64,000 nt of DNA, taken from IMG/VR virus record IMGVR_UViG_3300017700_000552, positions 354-64,353 of that record, one strand, 5' to 3'. Made by a program: the position numbers and the translations under genes. Origin of the DNA: a virus. Taxonomy: Duplodnaviria; Caudoviricetes. The notes beneath the pieces were generated by a model, which saw only the letters and a program-made list of their open reading frames with translations, made no database searches and was not told the origin of the DNA. This document shows positions 35,936 through 45,734 of the stretch, piece by piece; position 1 is the stretch's first letter; the number at the start of each line of letters is the position of its first letter.

Positions 35936-37419
35936 AGCCCGCCCGCACGCCGCCCGGAGAGAAGCCGGCGGACACCATCGCCTTCCTGCGCAAGCAGGTC
36001 CGCGACCTCGCCGCGCGCATCGACACGTACAGCCAGCGCAACGCCGAGGCCAACTCCCGGCTGGCTGTCGCCATAAACGTTCAGCAGTCCATGCGCGAAG
36101 AAAACGACAAGCTCCAGGCGTCGCTGGAAGCCTGTCAGGCCAAGCTCGCCTATGAAACGGCGCACGCCAGCGGCTATCGGCAGCGCGTCTACGACGAGAA
36201 GGCGGACATGTCCAAGATCGCCATGGAGCGCGAAAAATATCGGAAGCAGACCGACGAAAACGTGCAGACTGACTGGACCCACAAGCAGGTCGCGCATCAC
36301 ATTTTCAAAGACAATGCGCCATTCTAGCGCCGAGCGCGCCGACAAGATCGACGCCCTGCACCGCCGATTCCACGACGGCGAATTCACCGAGACTGTCTAC
36401 CGCGCCAGTCTCTTTGCTCTTGGCCTGCGCAATGACGAACTGCGCGCTGCCCTGCACGAGGGCATCATGAGGAAACCGACATGCGAATCCCGTTGAGGCG
36501 CAAGACGCCCAAGATCGCCACTGACGAGAAGCAGGCGGAGAAGTTGCGGCACCAGATCCGCATCAAATCAGACTGCCCTCCGGAAGTCCTCGCCGAGCGC
36601 GATCGCGTCGCATCCGCATGGCCGGTTTCAATCACCGCCGCCTTCTTCGGAGACCCCGCGCCAGGCCGCTCAGCCCTCGACCAACGAGGCCAGTCGTGAC
36701 CGTCCCCTATAAACTCACCCACATCTGCGATGACCTCTACGAAGGCTACGCCAACATCTACCCGACCGCCGGCGTCGGCGGATGCATTGGCTACGTCTAC
36801 GCCACCAAGGAAACCGCCGACGCGGCGGCAAACACCCACGCTCGATCGGTGCACGCCACCATCCTCATCGACGGGCAACAACCACCGGAGGAACCATGAA
36901 ATGGCTGCTGATACTGTCCATCATCTCCCTGACTTCCTGCACGCATACAAGCAGGGTCAGCCCGCCCCCGCACCCGTTCTGCCAAATCGAGCCAAAAATC
37001 TGCTGAAAAGGATATCCGAAGTGAACACCCCAATCCCAACTAACGAATTCAACGAGAAGTCCGCCGCCATCAAGTTCATGGAGGAACACGAGAAGGGCCA
37101 GCAAGCGCTGATGCTGCTCCGCGACGAGAACACCAGCCTCAAGGCCGAACTGGCGCAGCGGCAGAACATGATCGACCTGCTCACAGGCGAGAACACCCAG
37201 AACAAGGCCAAGGCCGATCTGTATATGCGCTATGCGGCCACCCTGTCGGCGCAGATCAAGTTCGTGAACGACGGGTTATCTCAGGCGCTCCAGACGGCCA
37301 AGGAAGTCACCCAAGCCGCTCAGCAAGCCGGCATGGACATGCAACTTACCGACGAGGACAAAACATACCTCGCCGAAGCGTTCGCTGACACAGCACCCGC
37401 TCAGCCGGCAAAAACGTAG
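35932..37419 (+). other. Chain of small early ORFs (35932-36327, 36314-36496, 36481-36699, 36696-36899, 36901-37419)
   Basis: Coupled ORFs, two with coiled coils. Confidence 0.55.
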
Positions 37420-37847
37420 ATCGTCCAGACAGTGTTGACCGCGGCAAAAACTACCGCGGTCAACCATATCCGCTCCCCGAACCGGGGCTTGCTGATAGCC
37501 CGAATCAGCATCAGCAAGCCGATCAGGCCGATGACCGACCCCAAGCCGATCGACCGCTGCTGGACATAATCAAACGGCGCCGTAGCCCCGCTCCAGCGCC
37601 AAATCCACGTTGTCACCCGGACAATCAATTGGCCAAAGTTCTCGACGTACATGGCAAGAGCAACCGTCATGCCAAGCGGCAGCGATACCGCCCAATCCTT
37701 CCATGACAAGTGATTTTCGCGCGCCTGCCAGACCAGATACAAGACGATCGTGATCAGCATAAACCCAGTGATAATCGCAAAATTGCTATTCAGGACCAGG
37801 AGGAAAAGATTAACTTTTTCGTGCGAGGTCATCTGGTCCTGCGGCAT
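37401..37847 (-). CDS. Multi-pass membrane protein at the end of the lysis cassette
   Basis: Four hydrophobic segments. Confidence 0.6.
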   Translation of the reverse strand: MPQDQMTSHEKVNLFLLVLNSNFAIITGFMLITIVLYLVWQARENHLSWKDWAVSLPLGMTVALAMYVENFGQLIVRVTTWIWRWSGATAPFDYVQQRSIGLGSVIGLIGLLMLIRAISKPRFGERIWLTAVVFAAVNTVWTIYVFAG

Positions 37848-37849
37848 GA

Positions 37850-38104
37850 TTACGACGGCCCCCGATAGATTTTAGCTTCCTGCTGAATCTCAAAGGCTTC
37901 AGCTACCAACGCCGGATCAACGCCACCATCCGACACCGCTAACCTTAGCAGATCAAGCGCTATAACCGTGAAAGGATCACCCCCGGTTGTGCGATCTTTT
38001 ATGGTCCCGGAGACCTCATCGGCCAACTGAATAGCGCGCTCGTACTTATCCTCGTGTACGGAACGAGACATAATCTTATCGCGTACCCAATGGCCAAGGT
38101 TCAT
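37850..38104 (-). CDS. Hypothetical protein of the lysis cassette
   Basis: Start MNLGHW at 38104 overlaps the upstream TGA. Confidence 0.5.
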   Translation of the reverse strand: MNLGHWVRDKIMSRSVHEDKYERAIQLADEVSGTIKDRTTGGDPFTVIALDLLRLAVSDGGVDPALVAEAFEIQQEAKIYRGPS

Positions 38105-38295
38105 GTTGTGCCCCCGCGCCCACTCAATAGCCCTTTCAATTCGACCATGATGGTGATGGTGCGCTCTGATAAATTCTCCAGCTTGACCTGCAACGAACGG
38201 CGCTCCATGTCCGATCGCCACCACAACCAGAATAGCAACGGCGACAGCGCCCAACCGCCCTTCTGGACGATCTCGAATATCTGATCTGGACCCAT
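38101..38295 (-). CDS. Holin-like small membrane protein
   Basis: Single hydrophobic segment GGWALSPLLFWLWW plus coiled coil; position in the lysis cassette. Confidence 0.4.
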   Translation of the reverse strand: MGPDQIFEIVQKGGWALSPLLFWLWWRSDMERRSLQVKLENLSERTITIMVELKGLLSGRGGTT

Positions 38296-38304
38296 CTGCG
38301 TTGC

Positions 38305-38763
38305 TCATCTCGGCTGCCTTGAACTATCGGAACCAGGCCGCAGCAATTCATCAACGGGTTCGCGCGGGACAGGTGCTGGTTTAGGTTCAACTACAGCCGG
38401 GAGAATAGGTGCCGCTACATAGGGTACAGTAGGCGACATAGGATATCCACCGATCCTCTCCCTGATGCGCTGCACAACGCTATGTTTCTTTGGGGGAGCT
38501 ACGGGCGCCGATTTGCGCGTCACGGGCGCATCAAGCGCCGCCGGGCGCGCCGCCGGGCGCTTCCAGCCACAGCCGCCAACGCCGCCCTCGATCTGACTGT
38601 CTATCCAGTCCTGATCGTAGGGGCGTTTGCCACGCACGGCATATTCGGGACGCTCGAAAATTTTGCACTCGCCGCCGGCAATCGATCCCGGCCCCGTAGC
38701 GGCGCACCCGGCCAGGACGATCGCCAGCAAACACACAATGAGCAGCCGACCGATCATGAGCAT
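38305..38763 (-). CDS. Outer-membrane spanin-like lipoprotein
   Basis: Lipobox IVLAGC; Pro-rich tail; start at 38763 or 38757 overlapping the i-spanin end. Confidence 0.65.
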   Translation of the reverse strand: MLMIGRLLIVCLLAIVLAGCAATGPGSIAGGECKIFERPEYAVRGKRPYDQDWIDSQIEGGVGGCGWKRPAARPAALDAPVTRKSAPVAPPKKHSVVQRIRERIGGYPMSPTVPYVAAPILPAVVEPKPAPVPREPVDELLRPGSDSSRQPR

Positions 38764-39029
38764 TTCCCCGTCGATTGGTCCCAGTTGCGGCCCTGCGCGC
38801 GGCATTCCTTGAACACGTTGCGGTATTCGGTCGCCTTGCCCACCGCGCGGGCGTCGGCGCGCGCTACGGCGGCCAGAGCTGCGTCATAGCCCTTGGAATA
38901 GACTTTGTAGTGCCAGACACCATAGGCGCTCAGCAGAGCCGCCAGCAGCGCGCCAGCAACCGCCAGCTTGGTCAGGATGCCAGCCCCGCTCAGCGCCGCC
39001 ATGCCGATCTTGAAATACATCCCAATCAT
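38754..39029 (-). CDS. Inner-membrane spanin-like protein
   Basis: N-terminal TM helix, then helical periplasmic part; follows the endolysin. Confidence 0.6.
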   Translation of the reverse strand: MIGMYFKIGMAALSGAGILTKLAVAGALLAALLSAYGVWHYKVYSKGYDAALAAVARADARAVGKATEYRNVFKECRAQGRNWDQSTGKCS

Positions 39030-40384
39030 TGCCGCGCTCCCGTCGAGACCGATTCGGTGATCTTGTTGCCGGCCGCCCGCGAATTGATTGCGATAAACCC
39101 AAACAGGCCGGCCAAAACCAGTATCCAAACGATCGGCGGCAGGCTAGACACCCATCCCCACGCGGTATGCAGAAATCCGGAATCGCTCGGCAGGCTGTCT
39201 TTGTTGTCGGTGAAGAAATCCCACGCCTGCGACACGTAATCGCTGACAGTCGTATAGACGCCATACAGAAACGTCATCACAGCCGTCCACGCGCTCAGCA
39301 GGAAGTTCTGCTTCACCGGAACCACCTCTGGGGCCACCTCAGCCACGGTGGCGGCGTCGCCCGTCTTGCGCGCCTCCGTCACCGGCCGCGTGAACGGCGG
39401 CGTCTCGGATTCCGCCTCGCCCAGTTCGGCCTTCAGGTCATCCAGAATATCGTAAAACGTCTCAATCGACGTCGGCGCCAGCATCGTCAGGCCCGGCCGG
39501 TCATTGATGAACCCAGCGATCGCGCCTGCGGTCATGCCGCCCCAGACGCCATTCTGGACACCCGGATTGTAATTCATCGCCCGCAGACGTTTCTTAACGG
39601 AGAACAGTTCGGGGTCGCCGCTCACGTCGCCGGCGACCGGAACGGCATCGCTCACCGGGATTGGCGCGGCTGCCTCAGCCGGCGGATCCTGTGGCTCTTC
39701 TTCGGGCGTCTCCGGCTCAGCCAACGCGCGAGAACTTGAGGCCTTCAAGCCGCGCTCAAACAGACGGGCCTCCTGATCGCGCCGCAGCGCCACACCGCGG
39801 ACGCTAGCCGTCGTCCACAACCGCTTCATTTTGCGAAGCTGGACCGGGATATCCGCAAGATCGCCAGACAGCATGTCGGCGCGAATAGCGCGCATCTCGG
39901 AATAACGAGCACCGGAATTCCTGAATGATGCACCGCGGTTGTAGACGAGCGACAGCAGCGCGCCCTTGCAATCCGGCGTCAGGTCATCGAAACCCGGCAA
40001 CCCGTTGCGCGCCATGGCCATGTATTTTGGGATACTGACATTGGAAAACACGTCGATCGCGACGGCCCATGGCACATCGACTTTCGGACGGACGCTAGCC
40101 AGCACCTTCTGCGCGCTCGCGCCCTTCAGGCCAGCGACGCCCACCAAAGCAGTGACCATGCCCGCAGCAATCTTGCCGCCCCAGTCTCTGCGAATTTCAG
40201 CGCCGGTCACATATCCGCAGTCATACCCGATGCCGACCGTGATCCCGGATTCGCCGCCGGGCCGCTCCGGCCGCCGATACTGCTTATTGTAAGCGGCCTC
40301 GCTCGAGACCTCAAAACTGACGATCAGATCAAAGGATTCGCGCGAGATGCCATGCAGGTTCAACATATCTGGATCCTCATGCAC
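39026..40384 (-). CDS. Endolysin: lysozyme-like domain, peptidoglycan-binding domain, C-terminal TM helices
   Basis: FEVSS...ESGITVGIGYD...LVYNRG...VALRRDQEARLF; VKKRLRAMNYNPGVQNGVWGGMT; two hydrophobic C-terminal segments. Confidence 0.8.
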   Translation of the reverse strand: MHEDPDMLNLHGISRESFDLIVSFEVSSEAAYNKQYRRPERPGGESGITVGIGYDCGYVTGAEIRRDWGGKIAAGMVTALVGVAGLKGASAQKVLASVRPKVDVPWAVAIDVFSNVSIPKYMAMARNGLPGFDDLTPDCKGALLSLVYNRGASFRNSGARYSEMRAIRADMLSGDLADIPVQLRKMKRLWTTASVRGVALRRDQEARLFERGLKASSSRALAEPETPEEEPQDPPAEAAAPIPVSDAVPVAGDVSGDPELFSVKKRLRAMNYNPGVQNGVWGGMTAGAIAGFINDRPGLTMLAPTSIETFYDILDDLKAELGEAESETPPFTRPVTEARKTGDAATVAEVAPEVVPVKQNFLLSAWTAVMTFLYGVYTTVSDYVSQAWDFFTDNKDSLPSDSGFLHTAWGWVSSLPPIVWILVLAGLFGFIAINSRAAGNKITESVSTGARQ

Positions 40385-40464
40385 GGAACGCTAGGGTTCC
40401 ACTCGCGTTGCCCTTCGATTACAAGTCAACGCATACCTTATTTCTTACAACCGGAGCGCAGAAA

Positions 40465-40671
40465 ATGATCGAAGCCGTCATTCGTGCCCTAATCGCCATT
40501 TGCGTCGTCGCTCTGGCCGTATTCCTCATCATTTGGGTGCTCGGTGCACTCGGACTGGCGCTGCCGGCGATGGTCGTGAAGATCCTCTACATCATCGCCG
40601 CGTTGATCGCCGTGCTGATCCTCTGGCGCATCCTCTCGCCAGTGATCGGCGGCGGCCAGATCGTCCCCTAA
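40465..40671 (+). CDS. Small two-TM membrane protein, opposite strand
   Basis: 68 aa, almost entirely hydrophobic; GGAG SD. Confidence 0.65.
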   Translation: MIEAVIRALIAICVVALAVFLIIWVLGALGLALPAMVVKILYIIAALIAVLILWRILSPVIGGGQIVP

Positions 40672-43600
40672 AGCCCGTAATGGCTCAGCACCGCGCGCGT
40701 GCCGGATTGAGGCGAGACCCGCCCGCCGGCCGCGCGCTTTGCTTTGTGCAGACCCAAAACATGCTCGATTGATGCGGCATCCGCCTTCGGGAAAGCAGCC
40801 TTCAGCGCATCCGCCGTCACCGCCCCACCGCTCTCGACAACATCCAGCGCGTGTTCGCTCATCTTGTCCCGCAGCGCACTCACTTTGGCTGGATCGGTCC
40901 ATTTGGTGCCGTACTGCTGGCGCACCAAATCCTCGATCGCCTTGAATTCGTCTTCCGACCTCAACCCCTCATAGCGCGTCCGGTTCATCTGCAGCGCTCG
41001 CTCCGCATCAGCCTGCTTGCCGCGAACGCCATTCCAGATGCCCATAGCTTCAACCTCCGGCGTCGCCGCCGCAGCTCGCTTCTGCTGAAGCGCCAGAATA
41101 GCGTCGCGCGCGTCAGGGATGGAATCTCCTGCGGCTCGCTTAATTGGTCCCGACCCCAACGCAACACCGCCGCCGGTTCCGCCGACCCCTCCGGTCATCG
41201 CGGTCATCGCAGCCTCGACCGGCACGGACGGATCATAGTTTCCGGTATCCAGCGCATACTGTGAATTCTCGATCGCGCGCTTGGGCAGCGTCGCAGTCGA
41301 GTTGATCACCGCGCCAAAGAGCTTGTCGAGAAAGGACGGCTGACGTCCAGCATCCTCCGCAGGCGAATAGGTGCCAAATGCGCCGCCGCTGTCGATTCCC
41401 TCGTCCGACACCCGCCCGCCGCTCGCACGCCGCACCTGCCGATCCTTCCGGCGCTCGTCGGATTGCGTCGGCACCGACGCCAGTTCGCGCCGGATCGACT
41501 TGGACAGGGCAAACAGCGGCCCCACGTTCGGCCGCTCCGGCTGCACCTGCGCCAGGTAATAGCGCGCGCGCTCCGGATTGAGCAACGCATCCCGGAACGC
41601 ATCCTCAGCCCGCTTGATGCCTGCCGCGCGCATCGTTCCCACGATGTACGACGCGCCCTTGATGCCCATGCCGGTCATGATGCCGGTCATGGTGCCGCTA
41701 TGCGCCCCGGCAATGACGCCGGCAGTGATCGCCGACATCAGCGATGCGTGCTTCTTGGCATCCGCGGCGATCTTTCCGACAATCGGCCCCATGTCCTTGG
41801 CCGTGCCTGGGCTGCCGACCACACGCGTCGCGCTCAGCCGGCTCGCGCGCATGTAATCGTCGTTGATTCGCTTCATCATCGCGACCTGTTCCGGCGGATA
41901 CAGCCGGGACAGCGACGCCTCGTTGTTGCGGACGAAGTTGTTGAAGACGCCGCCCTTCATCTGTTGCGTCCCGGACGTGCCTGCTTCCTGCACAGCGGTC
42001 ATGGCGCGCACCATGTAATCCACGCCGGCCTTGCGCAGACCTTCCAGCGATTCCTTGTCGGCGCGCTTCACCAGATCGGCAATCTGCGTCGGGCCATGCT
42101 TGGCCTTCAACATCGTGCCAATGGCGTTCTCGACCTCGACCGGATCAGTTTTGCCAATCAGCTTCGCTGCCGCGCTCTTCTGGAATTCGGCCATGTTCTG
42201 CTTGGCGATCGCACCGGCCTCCGTCAGCAGATCGGACGCCTTGGCCGCGCTATCGAACCGCTTGGAAAAGCCCGGCGACACCTCATCAAACGCCCGCAGC
42301 ACGTTGCCGTAGTCGCGCTTCCACGCCGCCAGATTGCTTTCGCTGATCGTGCCGTTGCCCAGTTTCTTGCGCAGCGGATCAACGACGTGATCGAGCATCG
42401 CCGCCACCGCGTTCGGATCGTTCTTGGCTGCCTTCAGGAATGCCTTGGCCGTCTCATAGCCCTTGTCACCCTTGAGCACCGCGCGCGACGGCACGGCGCT
42501 GTTCGGCACGTCGTAACTGCCGTTGAACCCCTTCAGCGTCGGCGCCACCGGCTTGTCCTTGAACGTCCGGGCATATTCGCCGTAGTTCGACTTCGCCGCC
42601 TTCAGCCGACCAGCCGCCGCCTCGTCAAAGTTCGGCTGCAGCCCGCGGCGCACCTCGCGCGGCCCGGAATCGAACGTCGGCGCGTCCGAAACCGGCATAC
42701 CGGCTTCGTCAGGCTCGCGCCCCACCCGCTCCATCGTCGTCTTGAGAATGTCGGTCGCCTTCACGTCGTCACCGAACAGCCGCGGCCCGGCCAAGTTCTT
42801 CTCTGCCTCCGCCGCATAGGCTTTCAGCGCATCGCCAACCCGCTTCCGCGACGCCAGCAGTCCCTTTTCCACATCCCGGAACAGCAGACTTTCGATCAGC
42901 GGCGCGATGTCCGACTGGAACATATCGTTCTGGCGCAGGATTTCGCCGATCGGGCGCCCCTCGTCGCGCGCGCGCATGATCTTTTTCACCGCGGCCATCA
43001 GCTCGTGTGTGACGTCGTGCGAGGCGTCGATCAACCCGTCATGCGCGGCCTCGCGCATCCGCGCCCACGGCCCGGCCGCGTCGGTCAGCGCCGAAGCGAG
43101 CTGCTTGATGTTGCTGTCCGTCGAATCGAACGCCTTGCCAATGAACCCGGCATCGTCAAACGCGCGCGACGCCAGCGCCGCCGACAGCCGCCGCTCGCCG
43201 GCCTGAGACAGGTTACCGTCCTTGTCCAGAATGCCGCCACGCTCGCCGGCCGGCAACTTATCTACGAACTCACGCACGAACGGACGGTTTTCCGCCGCCG
43301 TCACCGGCATGTCGCCGATCTTGGCCACCGTATCGCGGGAGATCAGCTTGGCATCGGCCGACGCCTGCTCAGCGGCGTTCATCCGCAGCGATCCCGACGA
43401 ATTCGCCGAGTGCGCAAAGTATTCCCGCTGCTGCGGCGACATCTCGGAAACCCGCCGCGCGACGAGAACCGGCTGCTTCATGCCGGCCGTGTCAAAACCC
43501 TGCTGCTCGAGCCAGTTGCGATATTCCGTGCCGCCCTTCTGGTAATGCTGACCAATCGCCAGCGCGCGGCCATTGCCGCTCTCAACCACGCCGTCCGGCC

Positions 43601-45734
43601 CGACAATCGGCGCCCCAGAATTAGCCTCCGGCGACGGCCCCAATCGCTCCGGCTGGATCCGCGCCGCCATGCCGTTGACCTGATCGCGCGCCGGTGCGCT
43701 CTCCCGCGCGCGCGGCTGCAACTGCTGCGGATATTCCGGCCGCAGTTTGAAATTGGCATCGTGCGACGTAACCAGATCGCCGTGCTCCATGACCTGATAT
43801 TTGGCGCGCAGATTGCCGCCGGGATAATAGATTGGGAAGTCGTTCAGGTCCGGCGCGGCCGCAGCCTTCGGCGCCAGTTCGCGCAACTGCTGCGCTTCGT
43901 ATTTGTCGGCGACCGCATCGCCATACTGCTTGCGGAGCTGTTCGACCTCTTTACGCCGCTCTACAGGGAGCCGAGCCGCCGGGATTCCTTCTGGTACTCG
44001 CGCAGCGCCCGCAGCATCTCCAGATCGCCCTCCACCAGCGCCCGGTGCTGCACCATCTCCAAAAAGCCCGGCCGTGCCGGTGGCGCGGTTTTCTCCAGCA
44101 GCGCCTTCAGCGTCCCGAGGCCGTCCAAGCTGGCCATTGTATTCGTCATGCAACTGCTCCAGCCGCGCACTCACCGTGTCGGCAGGCTTCTTCTTGCCCG
44201 CGCCGACCGCCGCTTGGTCATAGGCGACCTGATTATCTACGGCCTCATTTATGGCTTTTTGGATGCCGGATTTCATCTGCGACAGCCGCCCCCAAACCGG
44301 GGTTTCGCCGGCGGACAGCCGCTCCTGCTTCATAGCCGCGGTCACGTACTGATCGAAATCCATCATCGACTTGAACGGCACCACATCCGGCATCGATCGC
44401 GCGCGGTCATAGATCGCCTTTTCAACGTCCGACACCGGCGCCGCATAGTCGCCGACGCTCTTGCGAATCGTGTCCGCCGTCTCGCGGATCGGCGTCGCCA
44501 CCAGATTGACCGAACCGTCAGGATCCACCGCGTCATACAGCCGACGATTGGCCTGCTTAGCCTCAGCCTTCACCGCCTCCATTGCCGACCGAATGGCGGC
44601 GCCGCGCGCCTCTGGGGTTTCTCCCGGCCCGAGCGCCCGCGATGCCAGTTCCTGCGCGCCCTGCTCCATCCGAGCCAGCGCCGATTCCGCGCCCTGCTCG
44701 ATCTGCGCGCGCTGCGTCTCAAACAACCGGCCCGGCTTCATCACGTCGGCATCCGGCGCCAGACCGGCCAGGGCTTCCTGCCGGGCGATCGCGCCCTGAT
44801 CGCGCTGCTCGTTGAACGGCGTGCCGTCTTCCGTCACCGCACGGCGCTGCGCCTCGAGAATGCCGCGATCCCCGGTCAGTTCGCCCGTCGTCGGCTGTGA
44901 TCCCGGGATAATCTCGTCACCGCCCGGCTGGCGTGGACCGGGGAATAGCGCCTGCTCCATCGCGGCAGGATCATTCGCCTCAGCCCGCAGCCGCGCGCCT
45001 ACGGCCTCCTCACGGCCCGCCTGCGTGAAACCACGTAGTTTCGCCGCGGTAGAGTTGCGCGCCGCCTCGACCAACCCCGGGCCAACCATGCCGGCCGCCG
45101 CGCCAAGCAGCGGATCGCCGGTCACATCCGTCACCGCCGACGACGAAGCCCCACCGACCGCATTCAGCGGCGCCAGCGCAGCCGAGGCGCGCGCAGCACC
45201 CGCGCCCGTCGCGCCACGCACCACACCGCCACCACCGGCCCCCAAACCACCCACCGCCGCCTGCACGGCGCCCTGCAGCGCCCGGCCAGGACCGCTCTCC
45301 GGCTGATATTCTCCGGTCACGCCCAACACCGGCTTGGCCACAGCCTCACTTGTCGGCAGAACTTGAGATGGATCAATCGCCTCGCGCACGCGCCCAAGCA
45401 CCGAGTCATCCGCCTGCGCCTTGCGCTTGGCAGCCATGCCGGCCATCACGTCTTCCATCGGCTTGCCAGTGATTTTGGCTTCCGCGCGCGCCAACACGTA
45501 ATCGGCAAAGCCGCCCATGTCCGGCGCCCACGTCAATGGCGACGCCGCCGACAGGCCCTTAACCACGCCGGTGGCCGCGCCCTTGGCCGCACCCATCAAC
45601 CAGCCATCACCATCGTTCGACAGCGGCCCGGCACGTTCCACCTTCGGATCGACCGGCACCGCGCCCCACGCAGCGGGGCCATCGTCCTTCGTTTCAACCG
45701 GGACAGCACCCCACTCCGCAGGATTATTGCTCAT
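40668..45734 (-). CDS. Large ejection/internal virion protein with a DdrB-like ParB domain
   Basis: 1688 aa, Ala-rich; N-terminal EWGAVPV repeats; DLVTSHD...YPQQLQPR.R...GAPIVGPDGVVESGNGR at about 43400-43815. Confidence 0.75.
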   Translation of the reverse strand: MSNNPAEWGAVPVETKDDGPAAWGAVPVDPKVERAGPLSNDGDGWLMGAAKGAATGVVKGLSAASPLTWAPDMGGFADYVLARAEAKITGKPMEDVMAGMAAKRKAQADDSVLGRVREAIDPSQVLPTSEAVAKPVLGVTGEYQPESGPGRALQGAVQAAVGGLGAGGGGVVRGATGAGAARASAALAPLNAVGGASSSAVTDVTGDPLLGAAAGMVGPGLVEAARNSTAAKLRGFTQAGREEAVGARLRAEANDPAAMEQALFPGPRQPGGDEIIPGSQPTTGELTGDRGILEAQRRAVTEDGTPFNEQRDQGAIARQEALAGLAPDADVMKPGRLFETQRAQIEQGAESALARMEQGAQELASRALGPGETPEARGAAIRSAMEAVKAEAKQANRRLYDAVDPDGSVNLVATPIRETADTIRKSVGDYAAPVSDVEKAIYDRARSMPDVVPFKSMMDFDQYVTAAMKQERLSAGETPVWGRLSQMKSGIQKAINEAVDNQVAYDQAAVGAGKKKPADTVSARLEQLHDEYNGQLGRPRDAEGAAGENRATGTAGLFGDGAAPGAGGGRSGDAAGAARVPEGIPAARLPVERRKEVEQLRKQYGDAVADKYEAQQLRELAPKAAAAPDLNDFPIYYPGGNLRAKYQVMEHGDLVTSHDANFKLRPEYPQQLQPRARESAPARDQVNGMAARIQPERLGPSPEANSGAPIVGPDGVVESGNGRALAIGQHYQKGGTEYRNWLEQQGFDTAGMKQPVLVARRVSEMSPQQREYFAHSANSSGSLRMNAAEQASADAKLISRDTVAKIGDMPVTAAENRPFVREFVDKLPAGERGGILDKDGNLSQAGERRLSAALASRAFDDAGFIGKAFDSTDSNIKQLASALTDAAGPWARMREAAHDGLIDASHDVTHELMAAVKKIMRARDEGRPIGEILRQNDMFQSDIAPLIESLLFRDVEKGLLASRKRVGDALKAYAAEAEKNLAGPRLFGDDVKATDILKTTMERVGREPDEAGMPVSDAPTFDSGPREVRRGLQPNFDEAAAGRLKAAKSNYGEYARTFKDKPVAPTLKGFNGSYDVPNSAVPSRAVLKGDKGYETAKAFLKAAKNDPNAVAAMLDHVVDPLRKKLGNGTISESNLAAWKRDYGNVLRAFDEVSPGFSKRFDSAAKASDLLTEAGAIAKQNMAEFQKSAAAKLIGKTDPVEVENAIGTMLKAKHGPTQIADLVKRADKESLEGLRKAGVDYMVRAMTAVQEAGTSGTQQMKGGVFNNFVRNNEASLSRLYPPEQVAMMKRINDDYMRASRLSATRVVGSPGTAKDMGPIVGKIAADAKKHASLMSAITAGVIAGAHSGTMTGIMTGMGIKGASYIVGTMRAAGIKRAEDAFRDALLNPERARYYLAQVQPERPNVGPLFALSKSIRRELASVPTQSDERRKDRQVRRASGGRVSDEGIDSGGAFGTYSPAEDAGRQPSFLDKLFGAVINSTATLPKRAIENSQYALDTGNYDPSVPVEAAMTAMTGGVGGTGGGVALGSGPIKRAAGDSIPDARDAILALQQKRAAAATPEVEAMGIWNGVRGKQADAERALQMNRTRYEGLRSEDEFKAIEDLVRQQYGTKWTDPAKVSALRDKMSEHALDVVESGGAVTADALKAAFPKADAASIEHVLGLHKAKRAAGGRVSPQSGTRAVLSHYGL

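Noticed and set aside
37434-37464. Perfect 11-bp inverted repeat as a bidirectional terminator
   Set aside because: It lies inside the 37401-37847 coding sequence with no adjacent U-tract; possible but unsupported.
41463-44900. 1145-aa plus-strand ORF
   Set aside because: Antisense shadow of the ejection-protein gene; Arg/His-rich composition with no motifs. GC-rich codon bias keeps this frame open.
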